The notes: generated by a model not told the origin, from the sequence alone. Shown: positions 42,276-52,834, counted from the first letter of the stretch. The stretch: 64,000 nt of DNA from Nanobdellota archaeon (GCA_030698805.1 JAUYMA010000003.1:12167-76166), one strand, 5' to 3'. A program made the numbers and translations.

Positions 42276-43232
42276 ATGGATTCTCACATTGATTTACAAA
42301 TGAAACCGAGAGAAAGTATAGGTTGGGATAAATTCCTGGCTGAAACTCCCAAGGCATCTATAGCCTTGGATGGTTATGTTCTTGGAGGCCCGAACTGGGA
42401 CGAGAGAACTCTGCACGTTAACTTTGACCATCATGATAACGTGATAAGGGAAGCTACAATGTCGACTTGCATGCAAGTTTATTATGCCATTAAGGGAGGA
42501 TTTATGAAAAGATTTCTTGCAGGAAGCGAAGATGGAAAAGTCCATGTCTTCATGAACGATACTGATCAAGATAGTACTCTAGCTTACCTTCTTCTAAATA
42601 ATCACAAATTATTTGAGGGTACTGCAAGCAATCCTGCCGTGAATAGAATGCTTGAATTAATTAACAGGGCAGATATTACTGGCGGAGGATTCCCTATGAA
42701 TATCCGGGCGAAAGTTGTAAGACAGAGAAATTGGTTATTTCAACCCTACACTTCCTTGAGAAAATCGGGAAAATTGGCAGTTGCCGATGCTGGAATGCTT
42801 AGAGATAATATTGGGTCTATGGAAGAAAGATTTGCAAAGTTCTTAATGGGAGAAGCAGGAGAAGTCGAACCTGATTTAAGACATGAAATACTTTACCAAT
42901 CTCCCCATGGATGGTGGCTTGTTAATGAAATAGGGGGTACTGACGCCCGAGAATATTTATTTAGCACAGGTATGGATGCCTTTATTGCTATAGTTGCTAC
43001 TCGTCCAGATGGAAGAAGAGTTTCAACTGTGGGAAGAAGAACACGATATGTTGATTATCCTGTTCCTGAATTATATCCAGTTTATAATAAATTAGAAGGG
43101 TTGACTTTAGAGACTGGTTGGAATGGGAGCGATATTGTTGGAGGGTCTTCACGTTCATTGGGAACTGCACTTACGAACGAGCAGCTAATTTCTTCAACCG
43201 ATAGTCATTTAGCACAAAGAAAGTCTGCATGA
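42276..43232 (+). CDS. hypothetical protein
   Basis: 318-codon ORF. His/Asp-rich patches (HVNFDHHDNV, NDTDQDST) hint at a metal-dependent hydrolase, but no family is assigned. Confidence 0.4.
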   Translation: MDSHIDLQMKPRESIGWDKFLAETPKASIALDGYVLGGPNWDERTLHVNFDHHDNVIREATMSTCMQVYYAIKGGFMKRFLAGSEDGKVHVFMNDTDQDSTLAYLLLNNHKLFEGTASNPAVNRMLELINRADITGGGFPMNIRAKVVRQRNWLFQPYTSLRKSGKLAVADAGMLRDNIGSMEERFAKFLMGEAGEVEPDLRHEILYQSPHGWWLVNEIGGTDAREYLFSTGMDAFIAIVATRPDGRRVSTVGRRTRYVDYPVPELYPVYNKLEGLTLETGWNGSDIVGGSSRSLGTALTNEQLISSTDSHLAQRKSA

Positions 43233-43285
43233 AGATTGCTTTCTCATAAATAAATCTTTAAAAAAGAAGATATCTTGCTTGCAAG

Positions 43286-44017
43286 GTGGAAATACAAAGA
43301 GAGTTAGAGGAGATGGCGTATCAAACTGTTACCTGCTATCCTGGAAGCTCACTTCCAAGAAGAGTTATTCTAAATGTGACCTATGATGGATTTGAAAAGG
43401 ACATTGAAGCTACAAGGCGAGAATTTCAACATTCAAGAAAAGGAAAAAAGGTGCAACCCTTGCCAACGAACAGGTTTTTACCTGTTACAAAAGAAACCAC
43501 CATCTACTCTATAAGAAGAAATCGGCCCAATATAGACGTCCCCCATCCTTTGCAAGAACTGGATTTTACATTATTAATGGAAAATGGAGAATTATCTGGA
43601 TTTACCACCTTTAATGTTCACCCCTTAGGAGATGTGCGGGAAGAACTTTCTGCAAATTTAGAGAGAGAAGCGCAAAAAAGAAATTTTATTTGGGCCTCTG
43701 GAGGATCAGAAGAGGGAAAAGGTTACCTAGTATCTCAATTTCAGCTTGAACAGGGCCTTGCCTCGGAGAGCCTTGCAGTTCTAGGAACTTATACGACAGC
43801 TGATAACCTCCTAGGATATTCTGTTGCGGTTGGCCTAGAAAATGCTTGTAGAAAACTCTCTCCTTTGAGAAATATGGGCGATGTGATAACTCATGTTTCT
43901 CCATTAGAATGGATTACTGAAGTTGTCATTAATACTTATATGAAAATTGCGGAAAGGCAAGGCGTCCCAACTTTAGATGCCAGAGTACCATCAATAAAGT
44001 TAAATATCTCCCTTTAG
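43286..44017 (+). CDS. hypothetical protein
   Basis: 243-codon ORF (GTG start); no motif recognised. Confidence 0.4.
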   Translation: MEIQRELEEMAYQTVTCYPGSSLPRRVILNVTYDGFEKDIEATRREFQHSRKGKKVQPLPTNRFLPVTKETTIYSIRRNRPNIDVPHPLQELDFTLLMENGELSGFTTFNVHPLGDVREELSANLEREAQKRNFIWASGGSEEGKGYLVSQFQLEQGLASESLAVLGTYTTADNLLGYSVAVGLENACRKLSPLRNMGDVITHVSPLEWITEVVINTYMKIAERQGVPTLDARVPSIKLNISL

Positions 44018-44037
44018 TCCTCATTTCATTATTAAAA

Positions 44038-44805
44038 ATGGAAGTGTGCGCTTTAACATCTGGATCATCGGGAAATTGCTTTTACATTGAAAATCAAGGC
44101 CAGGCAATTTTGGTAGATGTAGGCATCAGCACAAAGAAAGTTTGTGAAAGGCTGGAAATGATTGGAAAAAAACCTGAAAATATCAAAGGAATATTTGTAA
44201 GCCATGAACACTCGGACCATATTAGGGGTGTAGATGTGCTTGCCAGAAAGTTTAATATTCCTATTTTTGCTACAGAAAAAACTGTAAAGAGTCGTTTCCT
44301 CTGCTCAAATGAAAAATTAATTAACTACATCAATAAAAAGGATGACATAAAAATTGCTGGGATGGAAATTGAAGTCTTTTCTAAATTTCATAGCGCAATT
44401 GATCCTGTCTCCTTCACCATAGTAAATGGAAAAAGAGTCTCAGTCATCACTGATGTAGGACATGCGTGCAAAAATGTATGCTCAAATGTAAGCGATGCGG
44501 ACTTCTTATTCTTGGAATCTAATCATGATATTGAAATGCTTGAAAAAGGGCCTTACCCTTATCATCTAAAGAGATGGATCAAGAGTGATGAGGGCCACCT
44601 CTCAAATGTACAAGCGGCTTTATGCGTCTTAGAATATGCGAATCCCAGACTGCAACATGTTATTTTGTCTCACTTGAGCGATGTCAATAATGAACCTGCC
44701 CAAGCTTTGAGAACTTTCAATTCTTTAGTAAAAGAAAGAAAGGATCTAAAATTGAAAAGTCAAGTATCTGGAAGACATAAACCAACAGAAGTGTTTAGGG
44801 TTTGA
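44038..44805 (+). CDS. MBL-fold metallo-hydrolase
   Basis: H-x-H-x-D-H motif in FVSHEHSDHIRG, with later His and Asp ligand candidates (FSKFH, ITDVGH, SHLS). Confidence 0.8.
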   Translation: MEVCALTSGSSGNCFYIENQGQAILVDVGISTKKVCERLEMIGKKPENIKGIFVSHEHSDHIRGVDVLARKFNIPIFATEKTVKSRFLCSNEKLINYINKKDDIKIAGMEIEVFSKFHSAIDPVSFTIVNGKRVSVITDVGHACKNVCSNVSDADFLFLESNHDIEMLEKGPYPYHLKRWIKSDEGHLSNVQAALCVLEYANPRLQHVILSHLSDVNNEPAQALRTFNSLVKERKDLKLKSQVSGRHKPTEVFRV

Positions 44806-44832
44806 TTTCAATCATAATAAATAAGAAATTAA

Positions 44833-45732
44833 TTAATATCGTTTAAACTGACCATGAAGTCTTTCTGCTTCTCTATCAAAAGGACTTTTGGCTGCTTCTG
44901 CGGCTTGTCTTTGCCTTAATATATCCTGTTTTTGCCTTTCTTGTTCTTGGCCATATGCATTTACTCTTTCACCATACATTCTTAAGCCCTGTGCAGCCAG
45001 GTGCTCTGGTGCCGGATGAGATGAAGGATTGCCAACAACATATGCGTTGACTCCTGGGACTAAAGATTTAGCTCTAAATGCCTCTAGCCAATCCGAACTC
45101 CTAAAAGACGATGCCTTCAGATAAGGAACTTCAGCAACATTTCTCATTATTTCTCCAGTCCTAGCAACATATCCATTTCCTGAAGATCCTAATTGCAAGT
45201 GAGCACTGAAAACTTTTTCTCCTCGCGTAATATAAAGTTGTAGTTGCTGATTATTATAATCTGCAGGGGATAATTCGTCTAAAGTGGTCAATCTCATAAC
45301 TGCTGAGAAAAAGTCTTGTTCAGCTCGAGTTAGTTCTCTCGCCTTGTCTTGATAAATTCTTACCTCATCCCCCATTTTTCTTGCAAAATCCGTTTGGGCA
45401 TCTTCATATGCTCTTTCAGTTGTAACATCTCCTCTTCTTATTAATACTGCTAAGCCTGATACCTTGGATCTTCCTACTGTAACACCTTCAAGTTCAATAG
45501 GGCGTGTGAAATCAGGTAAGCGTTCAAAGCTTGTTATGCCTCTTGTCTTTAGGGCTTCTTCCATTTTGGATCCTGCAGTAGAGGCCCATGTTTGAAATTC
45601 ATTGCCTAGTGTCGTAAATAATCCATGAATATCTGCCAACCCTCCTTCAAGCTTTGCAACATAATCAGCAGAACCGGGGGTAAGATTATTTATTTGAGGA
45701 ATAGACGAGCTTAAACTTGATTTTTTACTCAT
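44833..45732 (-). CDS. hypothetical protein
   Basis: 299-codon ORF; no motif recognised. Confidence 0.4.
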   Translation of the reverse strand: MSKKSSLSSSIPQINNLTPGSADYVAKLEGGLADIHGLFTTLGNEFQTWASTAGSKMEEALKTRGITSFERLPDFTRPIELEGVTVGRSKVSGLAVLIRRGDVTTERAYEDAQTDFARKMGDEVRIYQDKARELTRAEQDFFSAVMRLTTLDELSPADYNNQQLQLYITRGEKVFSAHLQLGSSGNGYVARTGEIMRNVAEVPYLKASSFRSSDWLEAFRAKSLVPGVNAYVVGNPSSHPAPEHLAAQGLRMYGERVNAYGQEQERQKQDILRQRQAAEAAKSPFDREAERLHGQFKRY

Positions 45733-45809
45733 GCTATTTAGTGCCGGTCCAGATTTAAAAGGTTTGTGGCCATTTTTTATTTCTATCTAAGTGGTGAAAA
45801 ATAGAAAGA

Positions 45810-46265
45810 TTAGATCTTAAGAATCATATTGGCAGTTCTTTCTTTAAAACCGAATTGATGGTAATATTCTATAAGCTCAAGAAGATTTTTACTTACTGCC
45901 CTAAGGCGGATTATCTTTACTTTTTCTTTTTTCATATCATCAAGACATTTTTTTATTAATAAGGAACCGATGCCTTTATTCCTGTATTTTTTTATTACAT
46001 AAACTGATTTTAGATCTCCGAAACACTGGCCTTTTTTAACATCTAAGGAAGTCATGTATCGCGTTGAAAGAATTATCTCCGCGTTTGCATAAGCAATAAT
46101 TTTTGTATCCTGTTCTGCAACATACCAAATTTCTTTGCTTAGAGATTTCTCCAAATCTTTTTCTGGAGTTAGCTTCAATCCCCAGCTTATCTTCTCTTTT
46201 ATCCAGAGTTTCTCTAATTTTACTATTGATCTCAGATCGTTGAGATTCGCCTTTCTTATTTTCAT
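45810..46265 (-). CDS. GNAT-family N-acetyltransferase
   Basis: Acetyl-CoA motif A in VYVIKKYRNKGIGSLLIKKCL; about 150 aa. Confidence 0.8.
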   Translation of the reverse strand: MKIRKANLNDLRSIVKLEKLWIKEKISWGLKLTPEKDLEKSLSKEIWYVAEQDTKIIAYANAEIILSTRYMTSLDVKKGQCFGDLKSVYVIKKYRNKGIGSLLIKKCLDDMKKEKVKIIRLRAVSKNLLELIEYYHQFGFKERTANMILKI

Positions 46266-46296
46266 GTTTGTAATAGTGGATTATAGCTTATAAACC

Positions 46297-46770
46297 TTAG
46301 ATAGAAAGAAAATTAAGCACTGCTGCGAAGCACACCCAAATCAGGTAAGGGAGAATTAGCCAGAAGGAAACTCTAGACATATTCCAGTTTACTTTCATTA
46401 TTGCAACTATAGAAATTATTAAGGCTAATATATCAATAAATGCTAGGAGGGGATTGTGCAGGCCGAAATAGAAAAAACTCCAAAGTAAATTTAACAATAA
46501 ATTTATCCCATATACCCAAATAACTTTCTGCTTCTGATTTTTAGTATGGGCAAATATCCAGGAGAAAGTCATGGACAAAGCGAGAAGGAAAAAAAGAATA
46601 TTCCAAACTGCTGGGAAGACAAAGTCTGGAGGCGTGATGCCTGGTTTTATCGATTTATACCAATCGCTTTCTACTTGCTCCTGAGTGATAAGACTTCCTA
46701 TAAAAGCGACTCCAAATGAAATGGCTAAAGCAATAATAAAGACAAAGAACCTGTCTCCTCTAGATTTCAT
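46297..46770 (-). CDS. TspO/MBR-family tryptophan-rich membrane protein
   Basis: WYKSIKPGITPPDFVFPAVWNILFFLLALS plus 5 TM helices and many Trp. Start trimmed to ATG 46770 (MKSRGDRFFVF...) to avoid overlapping the upstream gene. Confidence 0.75.
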   Translation of the reverse strand: MKSRGDRFFVFIIALAISFGVAFIGSLITQEQVESDWYKSIKPGITPPDFVFPAVWNILFFLLALSMTFSWIFAHTKNQKQKVIWVYGINLLLNLLWSFFYFGLHNPLLAFIDILALIISIVAIMKVNWNMSRVSFWLILPYLIWVCFAAVLNFLSI

Positions 46771-46792
46771 GTTTATATGATGTCTAGAGTAT

Positions 46793-48142
46793 TTAAAATT
46801 CTTTCTTAGTTTCTGCAGGATCAATGCCTATTGGCGGGAAACCTTTTTTAGCCAACTCTCCGAAAAGAATTCCGACAGGCTGAATTTTTCCACGATAAAA
46901 GAGCCCCACATGATTTTCTTCTCTGCTCCTTGGGCCTACAAGAGCGTGATGCCAACCAACTTGGTATTCGTCACCATACCAACCCATGCCTAATATTTGG
47001 TATCCCTCTGTTCTAAGCTGTGCAATAACATCGTACGTCTTTTGACATATAGATAGCGCATGGTCTGGCCATCCATTTGTTTCTGTGTGGAGCAAGGGCA
47101 ATTTATACCTTTGAGAGTATTCGACCACCAAAGTATAAAGCTGGTAAGGGTGTAAAGGATCACAATTAATAGTATTTTTTTCTTCGAGAATATGAACACA
47201 CGTGGGATAATGATCTATTCCTAGGATAGTATTTCCTTTATACCCATTCACCATAAACCATGAATATTCTTCTTCAGTCATTCCTTGAGATATAAGATAA
47301 TTTCTCATCCTTTCATCTTCTTTGCCCAATATTAAATCCAATGCTGCAAAACGCCTTAAATTAAATCTTAATGCTTCTTCCTGCCGGGAAGGGTGCTCTG
47401 CCAATGAAACTTCGAAGCTTTCATTTTGTACAAACACTGGCATTCCGGGCCTTTGCTCTTCCTTCCAAATTCGTTCTATTTCTTTTCTTCCCAATATCGC
47501 TGCTTTTGCAATATTTTTAACTGCTTTAATAAAATCTCGGTCATCTGCCCACAAACTTCTCTTATGCTCGTTCCATATCCCTATTTTTGCTGAGAAAAAA
47601 GCCGCGATATAAGGCTCATTAATCAGAGTAAAAAAAATTATTTTAGGATAACGGAGGCTGAATTCTCTAACATACCTTGCAAACTCTTCTGGAAATTTAG
47701 GATTCTGGAAAAATGGTGCTGATTCATTATCTCCATGCAACCACCTAGGCAATCCGAAATGCAACATGTCTGCTAGGATATTTATCTCCAACTCATTACA
47801 TTTTGCAATCACTTTGTCACAAAAGCTGAAATCATAATTATCTGGGCCCTTATGAGTTTGAGAATAGGCTGGTCCAAACCTAAGCCATTTTATTCCTAAA
47901 AAAGATATATTTTTCAGACGCAACTCATAATGAGTATAAAAATCAAAAGCTTCTTTTAACTGATCCCTTCTTTCGCCGTCAACCCAGGGATCTGAGTTTT
48001 CTATTCCTGTGAGAAATATACCTTTAGCTGGTACCCTGAGGGACTTTAAATCTAGAGGATCATAAACAAGGTCTCCGACATTCGATTCCATTTGAAGAGG
48101 AATATTTACTTCGGTAGGTGTTAGATCAGAATCATCTTCCAT
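46793..48142 (-). CDS. glycoside hydrolase, GH1-like TIM barrel
   Basis: Acid/base motif TLINEP and nucleophile-like HTETNG (compare NEP and ITENG in GH1). 449 aa. Confidence 0.55.
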   Translation of the reverse strand: MEDDSDLTPTEVNIPLQMESNVGDLVYDPLDLKSLRVPAKGIFLTGIENSDPWVDGERRDQLKEAFDFYTHYELRLKNISFLGIKWLRFGPAYSQTHKGPDNYDFSFCDKVIAKCNELEINILADMLHFGLPRWLHGDNESAPFFQNPKFPEEFARYVREFSLRYPKIIFFTLINEPYIAAFFSAKIGIWNEHKRSLWADDRDFIKAVKNIAKAAILGRKEIERIWKEEQRPGMPVFVQNESFEVSLAEHPSRQEEALRFNLRRFAALDLILGKEDERMRNYLISQGMTEEEYSWFMVNGYKGNTILGIDHYPTCVHILEEKNTINCDPLHPYQLYTLVVEYSQRYKLPLLHTETNGWPDHALSICQKTYDVIAQLRTEGYQILGMGWYGDEYQVGWHHALVGPRSREENHVGLFYRGKIQPVGILFGELAKKGFPPIGIDPAETKKEF

Positions 48143-48203
48143 AAGAATTTAGAATAGGTTTAAACTTATATTGATTGTGAACTTCAACTAGTATTTATTA
48201 GGT

Positions 48204-48485
48204 TTAGGATAAAAAAGATCTCTCTTCCGCATGTATCTCTGCTAAAGTAGGAGTTATTAACTGCAAGAAGCCTCTGACTAAAGGAGAATAGACTCCATCT
48301 TCTAAGAATGATGTACAACTTTCTCTGCCATACCTATAAGCCGACTTCAATTCTTCATGAAATAAAGCTATATCTCCTAAGGGAATAAGTCTTGAACTCC
48401 CCTCAAGAATTGAGGCTGCCCTTTGAGCCTCAGCTAGATAATTTGACACTTGCATATGCCTGTGATCTGAATTGTAATCTGCCAT
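48204..48485 (-). CDS. hypothetical protein
   Basis: 93-codon ORF; no motif. Confidence 0.35.
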   Translation of the reverse strand: MADYNSDHRHMQVSNYLAEAQRAASILEGSSRLIPLGDIALFHEELKSAYRYGRESCTSFLEDGVYSPLVRGFLQLITPTLAEIHAEERSFLS

Positions 48486-48560
48486 TGTAGGAAAATAAGT
48501 GCACTAAGAAGCGCTGAATTGAACCGCGCTGACCCTATTTAAAGCTACCTAATTTTATTT

Positions 48561-48995
48561 TCAGCGAATAATTTCTTTCCTTGAACTCAAAATTGAAAGA
48601 GCAAAAGCACCCATTGCCATTACTATATCTCTTACTGCGATATCATTATATGTTGGTAGATTGGGATAGAAATTAAGACTTAGCAGATTTATAGCTATAA
48701 ACAAAAGCCATACTCCTACAGCTGCCCCGCCGATTCTAGGATTAGTAAACACTAAAATTCCGGCGAGAATTTCTATTGCTCCCACAATCATCATAAATCC
48801 CTCTGGACTTATCGGGACTATCGCTGTTGCTAAAGGACTTAGATATTTTTCCCAATAAGTAAGAATGCCTAAGAATTTATCTGCACCTGCTAGAATACCA
48901 AGCAATCCAAAAGTTATGAGTAATATGAGCCAAGTCCTATGAACCTCCGGCCTAATTATTATACTCTCTTCAGTAACGATCCTAGACCTTACCAT
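48561..48995 (-). CDS. DoxX-like 4-TM membrane protein
   Basis: Four hydrophobic helices, with LLGILAGADKFLG resembling the DoxX G-x-x-K-F region. Confidence 0.5.
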   Translation of the reverse strand: MVRSRIVTEESIIIRPEVHRTWLILLITFGLLGILAGADKFLGILTYWEKYLSPLATAIVPISPEGFMMIVGAIEILAGILVFTNPRIGGAAVGVWLLFIAINLLSLNFYPNLPTYNDIAVRDIVMAMGAFALSILSSRKEIIR

Positions 48996-49066
48996 ATGAA
49001 TGTTAATAAAAAATAATATTTATACAAATGGTGTACCTTTTTATACTACTTTTTCTAATTAATAAT

Positions 49067-49843
49067 ATGGGGGATGTAAGATTCGGCCCTGCTGGATTGG
49101 GGCCTGTTAAAACTGCTTTAGAAACTCTTAAAGAATATCATAAGTTGGGATTGCGAGCATGTGAAATTGCATTTACTTACAGTTGCTATATTAAACCAGG
49201 AGAATGCCCTGCAATTCGAGAAAAAGCGAGAGAACTTGGAATTGACTTAAGCATTCATGCCCAGTATTGGGTAAACCTTAACTCTAAAGAAAAAGAAAAA
49301 AGAGAGTCTACGAAAAAGAGAATATTAGATTGCTGTGAAATTGGAGAATTACTGGGGGCCAAATTAGTAGTTTTTCATCCTGGCTATTATACAAATGATA
49401 AGGAAGAAAGCTATCAGACAATAAAAAAGGGAGTTATAGAGATTATGGCTGAGATAAAGAAGAAAGGGTGGAAGATCAGGATTTCTCCTGAAACTATGGG
49501 GAAAGTAAACGTCTTTGGGAGTATTGAAGAGATTTCAAGGCTAGCAAAAGAAACTGGCTCTGCATTCTGCATTGATTTTGCCCATATTCTTGCGAGAGAT
49601 AAGGAAGTGGATTATCAAAAAGTAGAGAAGTTATTTCCTCAAAAAGAATGGCATGTTCACTTTTCAGGCATCGTATATGGGGATAAAGGAGAGAAACATC
49701 ATATCAGTACAGAAAAAAATGAATGGAAAAAGCTGCTAAAAAATTTGCCTAAAGATAAAGACATCCGAATAATCAATGAAAGCCCCACTTTAGTTAAAGA
49801 TAGTGTTGAAGGACTGCAGATCTGGCAGAAATTAATAAGTTAA
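49067..49843 (+). CDS. AP-endonuclease-2 / xylose-isomerase-like TIM-barrel protein (endonuclease IV-like)
   Basis: From ATG 49067: MGDVRFGPAG..., LSIHAQYWVNL, LVVFHPGYY, ISPETMG, IDFAHILA and VHFSG. This metal-ligand pattern is typical of the family. Confidence 0.65.
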   Translation: MGDVRFGPAGLGPVKTALETLKEYHKLGLRACEIAFTYSCYIKPGECPAIREKARELGIDLSIHAQYWVNLNSKEKEKRESTKKRILDCCEIGELLGAKLVVFHPGYYTNDKEESYQTIKKGVIEIMAEIKKKGWKIRISPETMGKVNVFGSIEEISRLAKETGSAFCIDFAHILARDKEVDYQKVEKLFPQKEWHVHFSGIVYGDKGEKHHISTEKNEWKKLLKNLPKDKDIRIINESPTLVKDSVEGLQIWQKLIS

Positions 49844-50275
49844 TCCTTCCAGTATCCTTACACTAAGTTTTCTATTTTTAAGGTTACGGATCGTGAAACC
49901 CAAGCACCCTAAATCTTTATTCACCCCATCAAGATAGCCTCCGGCCACATTTACTTCTTGGGAATTGAAAGGCTGCAAGGCATTGTATAGCTCTTGCCAT
50001 CCTTTCAGAGGTAGAGGCCCCCAACGATGTGTAGGGATAAAAGTAGTATTTTTGTGAGATCTGCCATATACTTGAAATACTGCTTGAGTTCTTTCAAGAA
50101 TTAAAGAGCTTTCTAAAGTAATAATGGGGCCCTCAAAAGTTGATAGAAAAACTTTCATATTTTCCGCATATGTTCTCAAGTGTTCTCCAATGTTGGGCCA
50201 CATTCCCAACATATAGGGGATAACTCTTTTTGGAAAAAAAGGATGCATTATAACTGTAGGAGTTCTTTCGATCAT
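49832..50275 (-). CDS. hypothetical protein
   Basis: 147-codon ORF; no motif. Confidence 0.4.
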   Translation of the reverse strand: MIERTPTVIMHPFFPKRVIPYMLGMWPNIGEHLRTYAENMKVFLSTFEGPIITLESSLILERTQAVFQVYGRSHKNTTFIPTHRWGPLPLKGWQELYNALQPFNSQEVNVAGGYLDGVNKDLGCLGFTIRNLKNRKLSVRILEGLTY

Positions 50276-50277
50276 CT

Positions 50278-50646
50278 TTACTTTTTCTGGATTAAGTATC
50301 TTAATTCCGCTTGCTTTAAATTCTCATTATCTTCTACAAAAAAGTAGAATGAATTTCTTTCCTGAGAGACCATCACTTGAGAGGACCCTCCCGCAACGTG
50401 CCTATAAGTTCTAAGGATAAATCTTGGAAGCCTGGCCGAAGATAGAGGCGCCACATTAAAACCATTTTCTGAATAAAATTTATCGAGTAATTCGGATAAA
50501 GAACTTAGGGAAGCATTTCCCAAGGTAACCTTAAGAGCGGAATAGTTGAGCCTTCTGTCTTCTTTCTCCACAATTACTTTTGCCCCTGCAGATTGTGATA
50601 AAAATTTCACTAAGCCATTAGAAGGCTGACCTATTTCTTCTTTCAT
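50278..50646 (-). CDS. hypothetical protein
   Basis: 122-codon ORF, 2 nt from the next gene. Confidence 0.4.
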   Translation of the reverse strand: MKEEIGQPSNGLVKFLSQSAGAKVIVEKEDRRLNYSALKVTLGNASLSSLSELLDKFYSENGFNVAPLSSARLPRFILRTYRHVAGGSSQVMVSQERNSFYFFVEDNENLKQAELRYLIQKK

Positions 50647-50843
50647 TTTATTTCTTCCTTTCTTAGATTATCTATTTTGATTAATTGCATCTTTGCACGA
50701 AGTGGATTGATGATGCATAAATTAAGTATCTCCAACATCCTTTGCAACACCTCTTCATAGGTTTCTCTGGGATGAATCTTCAGATTGTCCAATCTATTTT
50801 TTGTTCCTTTTGACAATTTTATAGTCGTTATTTTCTTTTCCAT
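50643..50843 (-). CDS. small ribbon-helix-helix-like protein
   Basis: 66 aa. TIKLSKGTKNRLDNLKIHPRETYEEVLQRMLEIL follows a beta-strand-helix-helix pattern seen in CopG/antitoxin-like proteins. ATGA overlap with the downstream gene. Confidence 0.45.
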   Translation of the reverse strand: MEKKITTIKLSKGTKNRLDNLKIHPRETYEEVLQRMLEILNLCIINPLRAKMQLIKIDNLRKEEIK

Positions 50844-50967
50844 TAGAGTATATCCTGGTATACCAGTTTAAATATTTTATTACTTTAGAATGGTGTCTTA
50901 TAAGTTGTCACCATAAAGTTTATAAACTACTGAAAATTAAGATGTTTAACTAAATTTATTTAACACC

Positions 50968-52212
50968 ATGAAAACCGAAAAATTTGTGGTTTTGCTTGTT
51001 GCAATTTTTGCATTGGCAATAGCCTCTTTGGGTAATGTAAGCGCTTATGCAGACATTCGCAGCGTTGAAATCAACGATGTTAGCGTCTCGCAGAATTCTG
51101 TCAATAATTTTGTTGGTATGGCTGGAGATACTCTTAATGTAAGAGTAACTTTTGCTGCTACTGACAATGTTGCTGATGTCAGAATCAGAGCTGAAATTTC
51201 TGGTGCTAGGGATTATTCTGCTGTAACCGAAAGATTTGATGTGGTTTCTGGCGGCATATATACAAAACATATGACTGTTAGAGTTCCTTCAAATATAGAT
51301 CCAGATGAAGCTTTGGATCTAGACATATCTGTTACTAGTAGAAATAATGGCGAAGGAGATAGCGAAACTATCTCCCTATTGGCACAAAGAGAATCCTACC
51401 TTGTAGAAATTCTCGATGTTGATGCCGATAGTAGAGTCGTCAGTGGAGAAACCCTCTCTTTAGACGTTGTTCTAAAGAACAGAGGAAGACACTTTGCTGA
51501 AGATACTTTTGTCAGAGCAAGAATACCTGCCCTTGGCATTGAAGAAAGAGCTTACTTCGGAGATTTATCTGCTGTTGACCAACCTATCATTGATGGACAT
51601 GAAGATAGATTGGATAAAGAAGACTCTGCTGCAAGAAGAATTCTCTTGAGAATTCCTTCTAACGCAAAGCCTGGCGTCTACACTATTGAAGTAGAAGCTT
51701 ACAACGCAGACTCAACTACAACTGTAACCAAAAAAGTTGCAGTAGTTGGATCCGGAGATGAAAGTATGGTTGTTTCACCAGCTAAGAGCAAGACGTTCAG
51801 AGCAGGTGGATCAGCTGAATACAGTCTTACATTGGTTAACTCAGGGAATAAGGTAAAGGTATACACTGTTACTATAGACGCTCCTAGCGGATTAGTAGCT
51901 AATACCAACTCACCTATCCTTGCAATTCCTGCCGGTTCAACTGACACTGTTAAAGTCGATGTTTCTGCTGCTAAAGCAGGCGTCTATGATTTTACAGTTA
52001 CAGTTCAATCTGACGGAGAACTAGTTAGCAAAGAGAGCTTTATTGCGAATGTAGAGAAGAGCGGCGTAGGCGGTACAACAATTGGAGGGAATACAACTGT
52101 TTTATTGACAGTTATCCTTGCAATTATATTTATTGTATTGCTCGTAGTTCTTATCGTTTTGTTAACAAGAAAACCTGAAAGACAGAGAGAAGTAGGCGAA
52201 AGTTACTACTAA
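50968..52212 (+). CDS. surface (S-layer-like / CARDB-like repeat) protein with C-terminal membrane anchor
   Basis: Signal peptide VVLLVAIFALAIASLGNVSAYA and repeated beta-sandwich-like units (LSLDVVLKNRG..., PGVYTIEVEAYN..., AGVYDFTVTVQS...). C-terminal TM TVLLTVILAIIFIVLLVVLIVLL plus a basic tail. Confidence 0.65.
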   Translation: MKTEKFVVLLVAIFALAIASLGNVSAYADIRSVEINDVSVSQNSVNNFVGMAGDTLNVRVTFAATDNVADVRIRAEISGARDYSAVTERFDVVSGGIYTKHMTVRVPSNIDPDEALDLDISVTSRNNGEGDSETISLLAQRESYLVEILDVDADSRVVSGETLSLDVVLKNRGRHFAEDTFVRARIPALGIEERAYFGDLSAVDQPIIDGHEDRLDKEDSAARRILLRIPSNAKPGVYTIEVEAYNADSTTTVTKKVAVVGSGDESMVVSPAKSKTFRAGGSAEYSLTLVNSGNKVKVYTVTIDAPSGLVANTNSPILAIPAGSTDTVKVDVSAAKAGVYDFTVTVQSDGELVSKESFIANVEKSGVGGTTIGGNTTVLLTVILAIIFIVLLVVLIVLLTRKPERQREVGESYY

Positions 52213-52217
52213 AAATA

Positions 52218-52231
52218 TTTTTTTATTTTTT
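52218..52231 (+). terminator. T-rich tract after the surface-protein gene
   Basis: TTTTTTTATTTTTT starting 6 nt after the stop codon. Confidence 0.4.
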
Positions 52232-52358
52232 AATTAAGTAGTAAAAATTGAAGGGTTGATGAAAAAAACGGCCTTAAATGGCCAAGAGGGGGATAGATAG
52301 AAAAAGGCAATGTGGCCAATAATGATTTAAAGGAATTAAAAGTCATATTTGCAACAAA

Positions 52359-52760
52359 ATGAAAAGAGAAAATTTGTTTTACCTCCTGATACTTCTAACC
52401 ATCCTTATATCCAGATTTGCTATAATGATCTGGCCAGAAATCGATATAAAAGTCTTTGGCATGATAATTCATCATTTTTGGTTCGGAATTGTTCTTGTAA
52501 TAGGGGGATTTATAATCCCAAAATCTGCACATTATCCAAAACTTTTACTATATGGAATTGGAGCAGGACTCATAATTGACCAATTAATATTCATAATGTT
52601 AGGGGCAGGAAAAGATAAAGAATATTGGTCAATTTATTCTTTATTAGGCACTCTTATCATTGTATCCATAATTTATCCATTTAGAATGAAACTAATAAAT
52701 TTCCTCGCACTTAATCGAAAAGATAGAACTAAATTTTCCTTTCAACATAACTTCACTTAG
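52359..52760 (+). CDS. hypothetical 4-TM membrane protein
   Basis: 133 aa with four hydrophobic helices. Preferred over the overlapping frame at 52349-52579. Confidence 0.45.
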   Translation: MKRENLFYLLILLTILISRFAIMIWPEIDIKVFGMIIHHFWFGIVLVIGGFIIPKSAHYPKLLLYGIGAGLIIDQLIFIMLGAGKDKEYWSIYSLLGTLIIVSIIYPFRMKLINFLALNRKDRTKFSFQHNFT

Positions 52761-52804
52761 TGCGAGAGGGCCCTCGAGTTTTAGTCTTATAACTCTCCGA
52801 CAAC

Positions 52805-52814
52805 TTTTAAATAT
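52805..52814 (+). promoter_or_regulatory. TATA-like box upstream of the SMC-like gene
   Basis: TTTTAAATAT about 25 nt upstream of ATG 52835, consistent with a leaderless or very short-leader mRNA. Confidence 0.45.
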
Positions 52815-52834
52815 CTGAAAAATCTCGATATTAT

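Noticed and set aside
52349-52579. 76-codon ORF overlapping the 52359-52760 membrane-protein frame
   Set aside because: The alternative frame gives a longer product with four clean hydrophobic helices. The 52349 frame is Asn/Cys/Arg-rich and looks non-coding.
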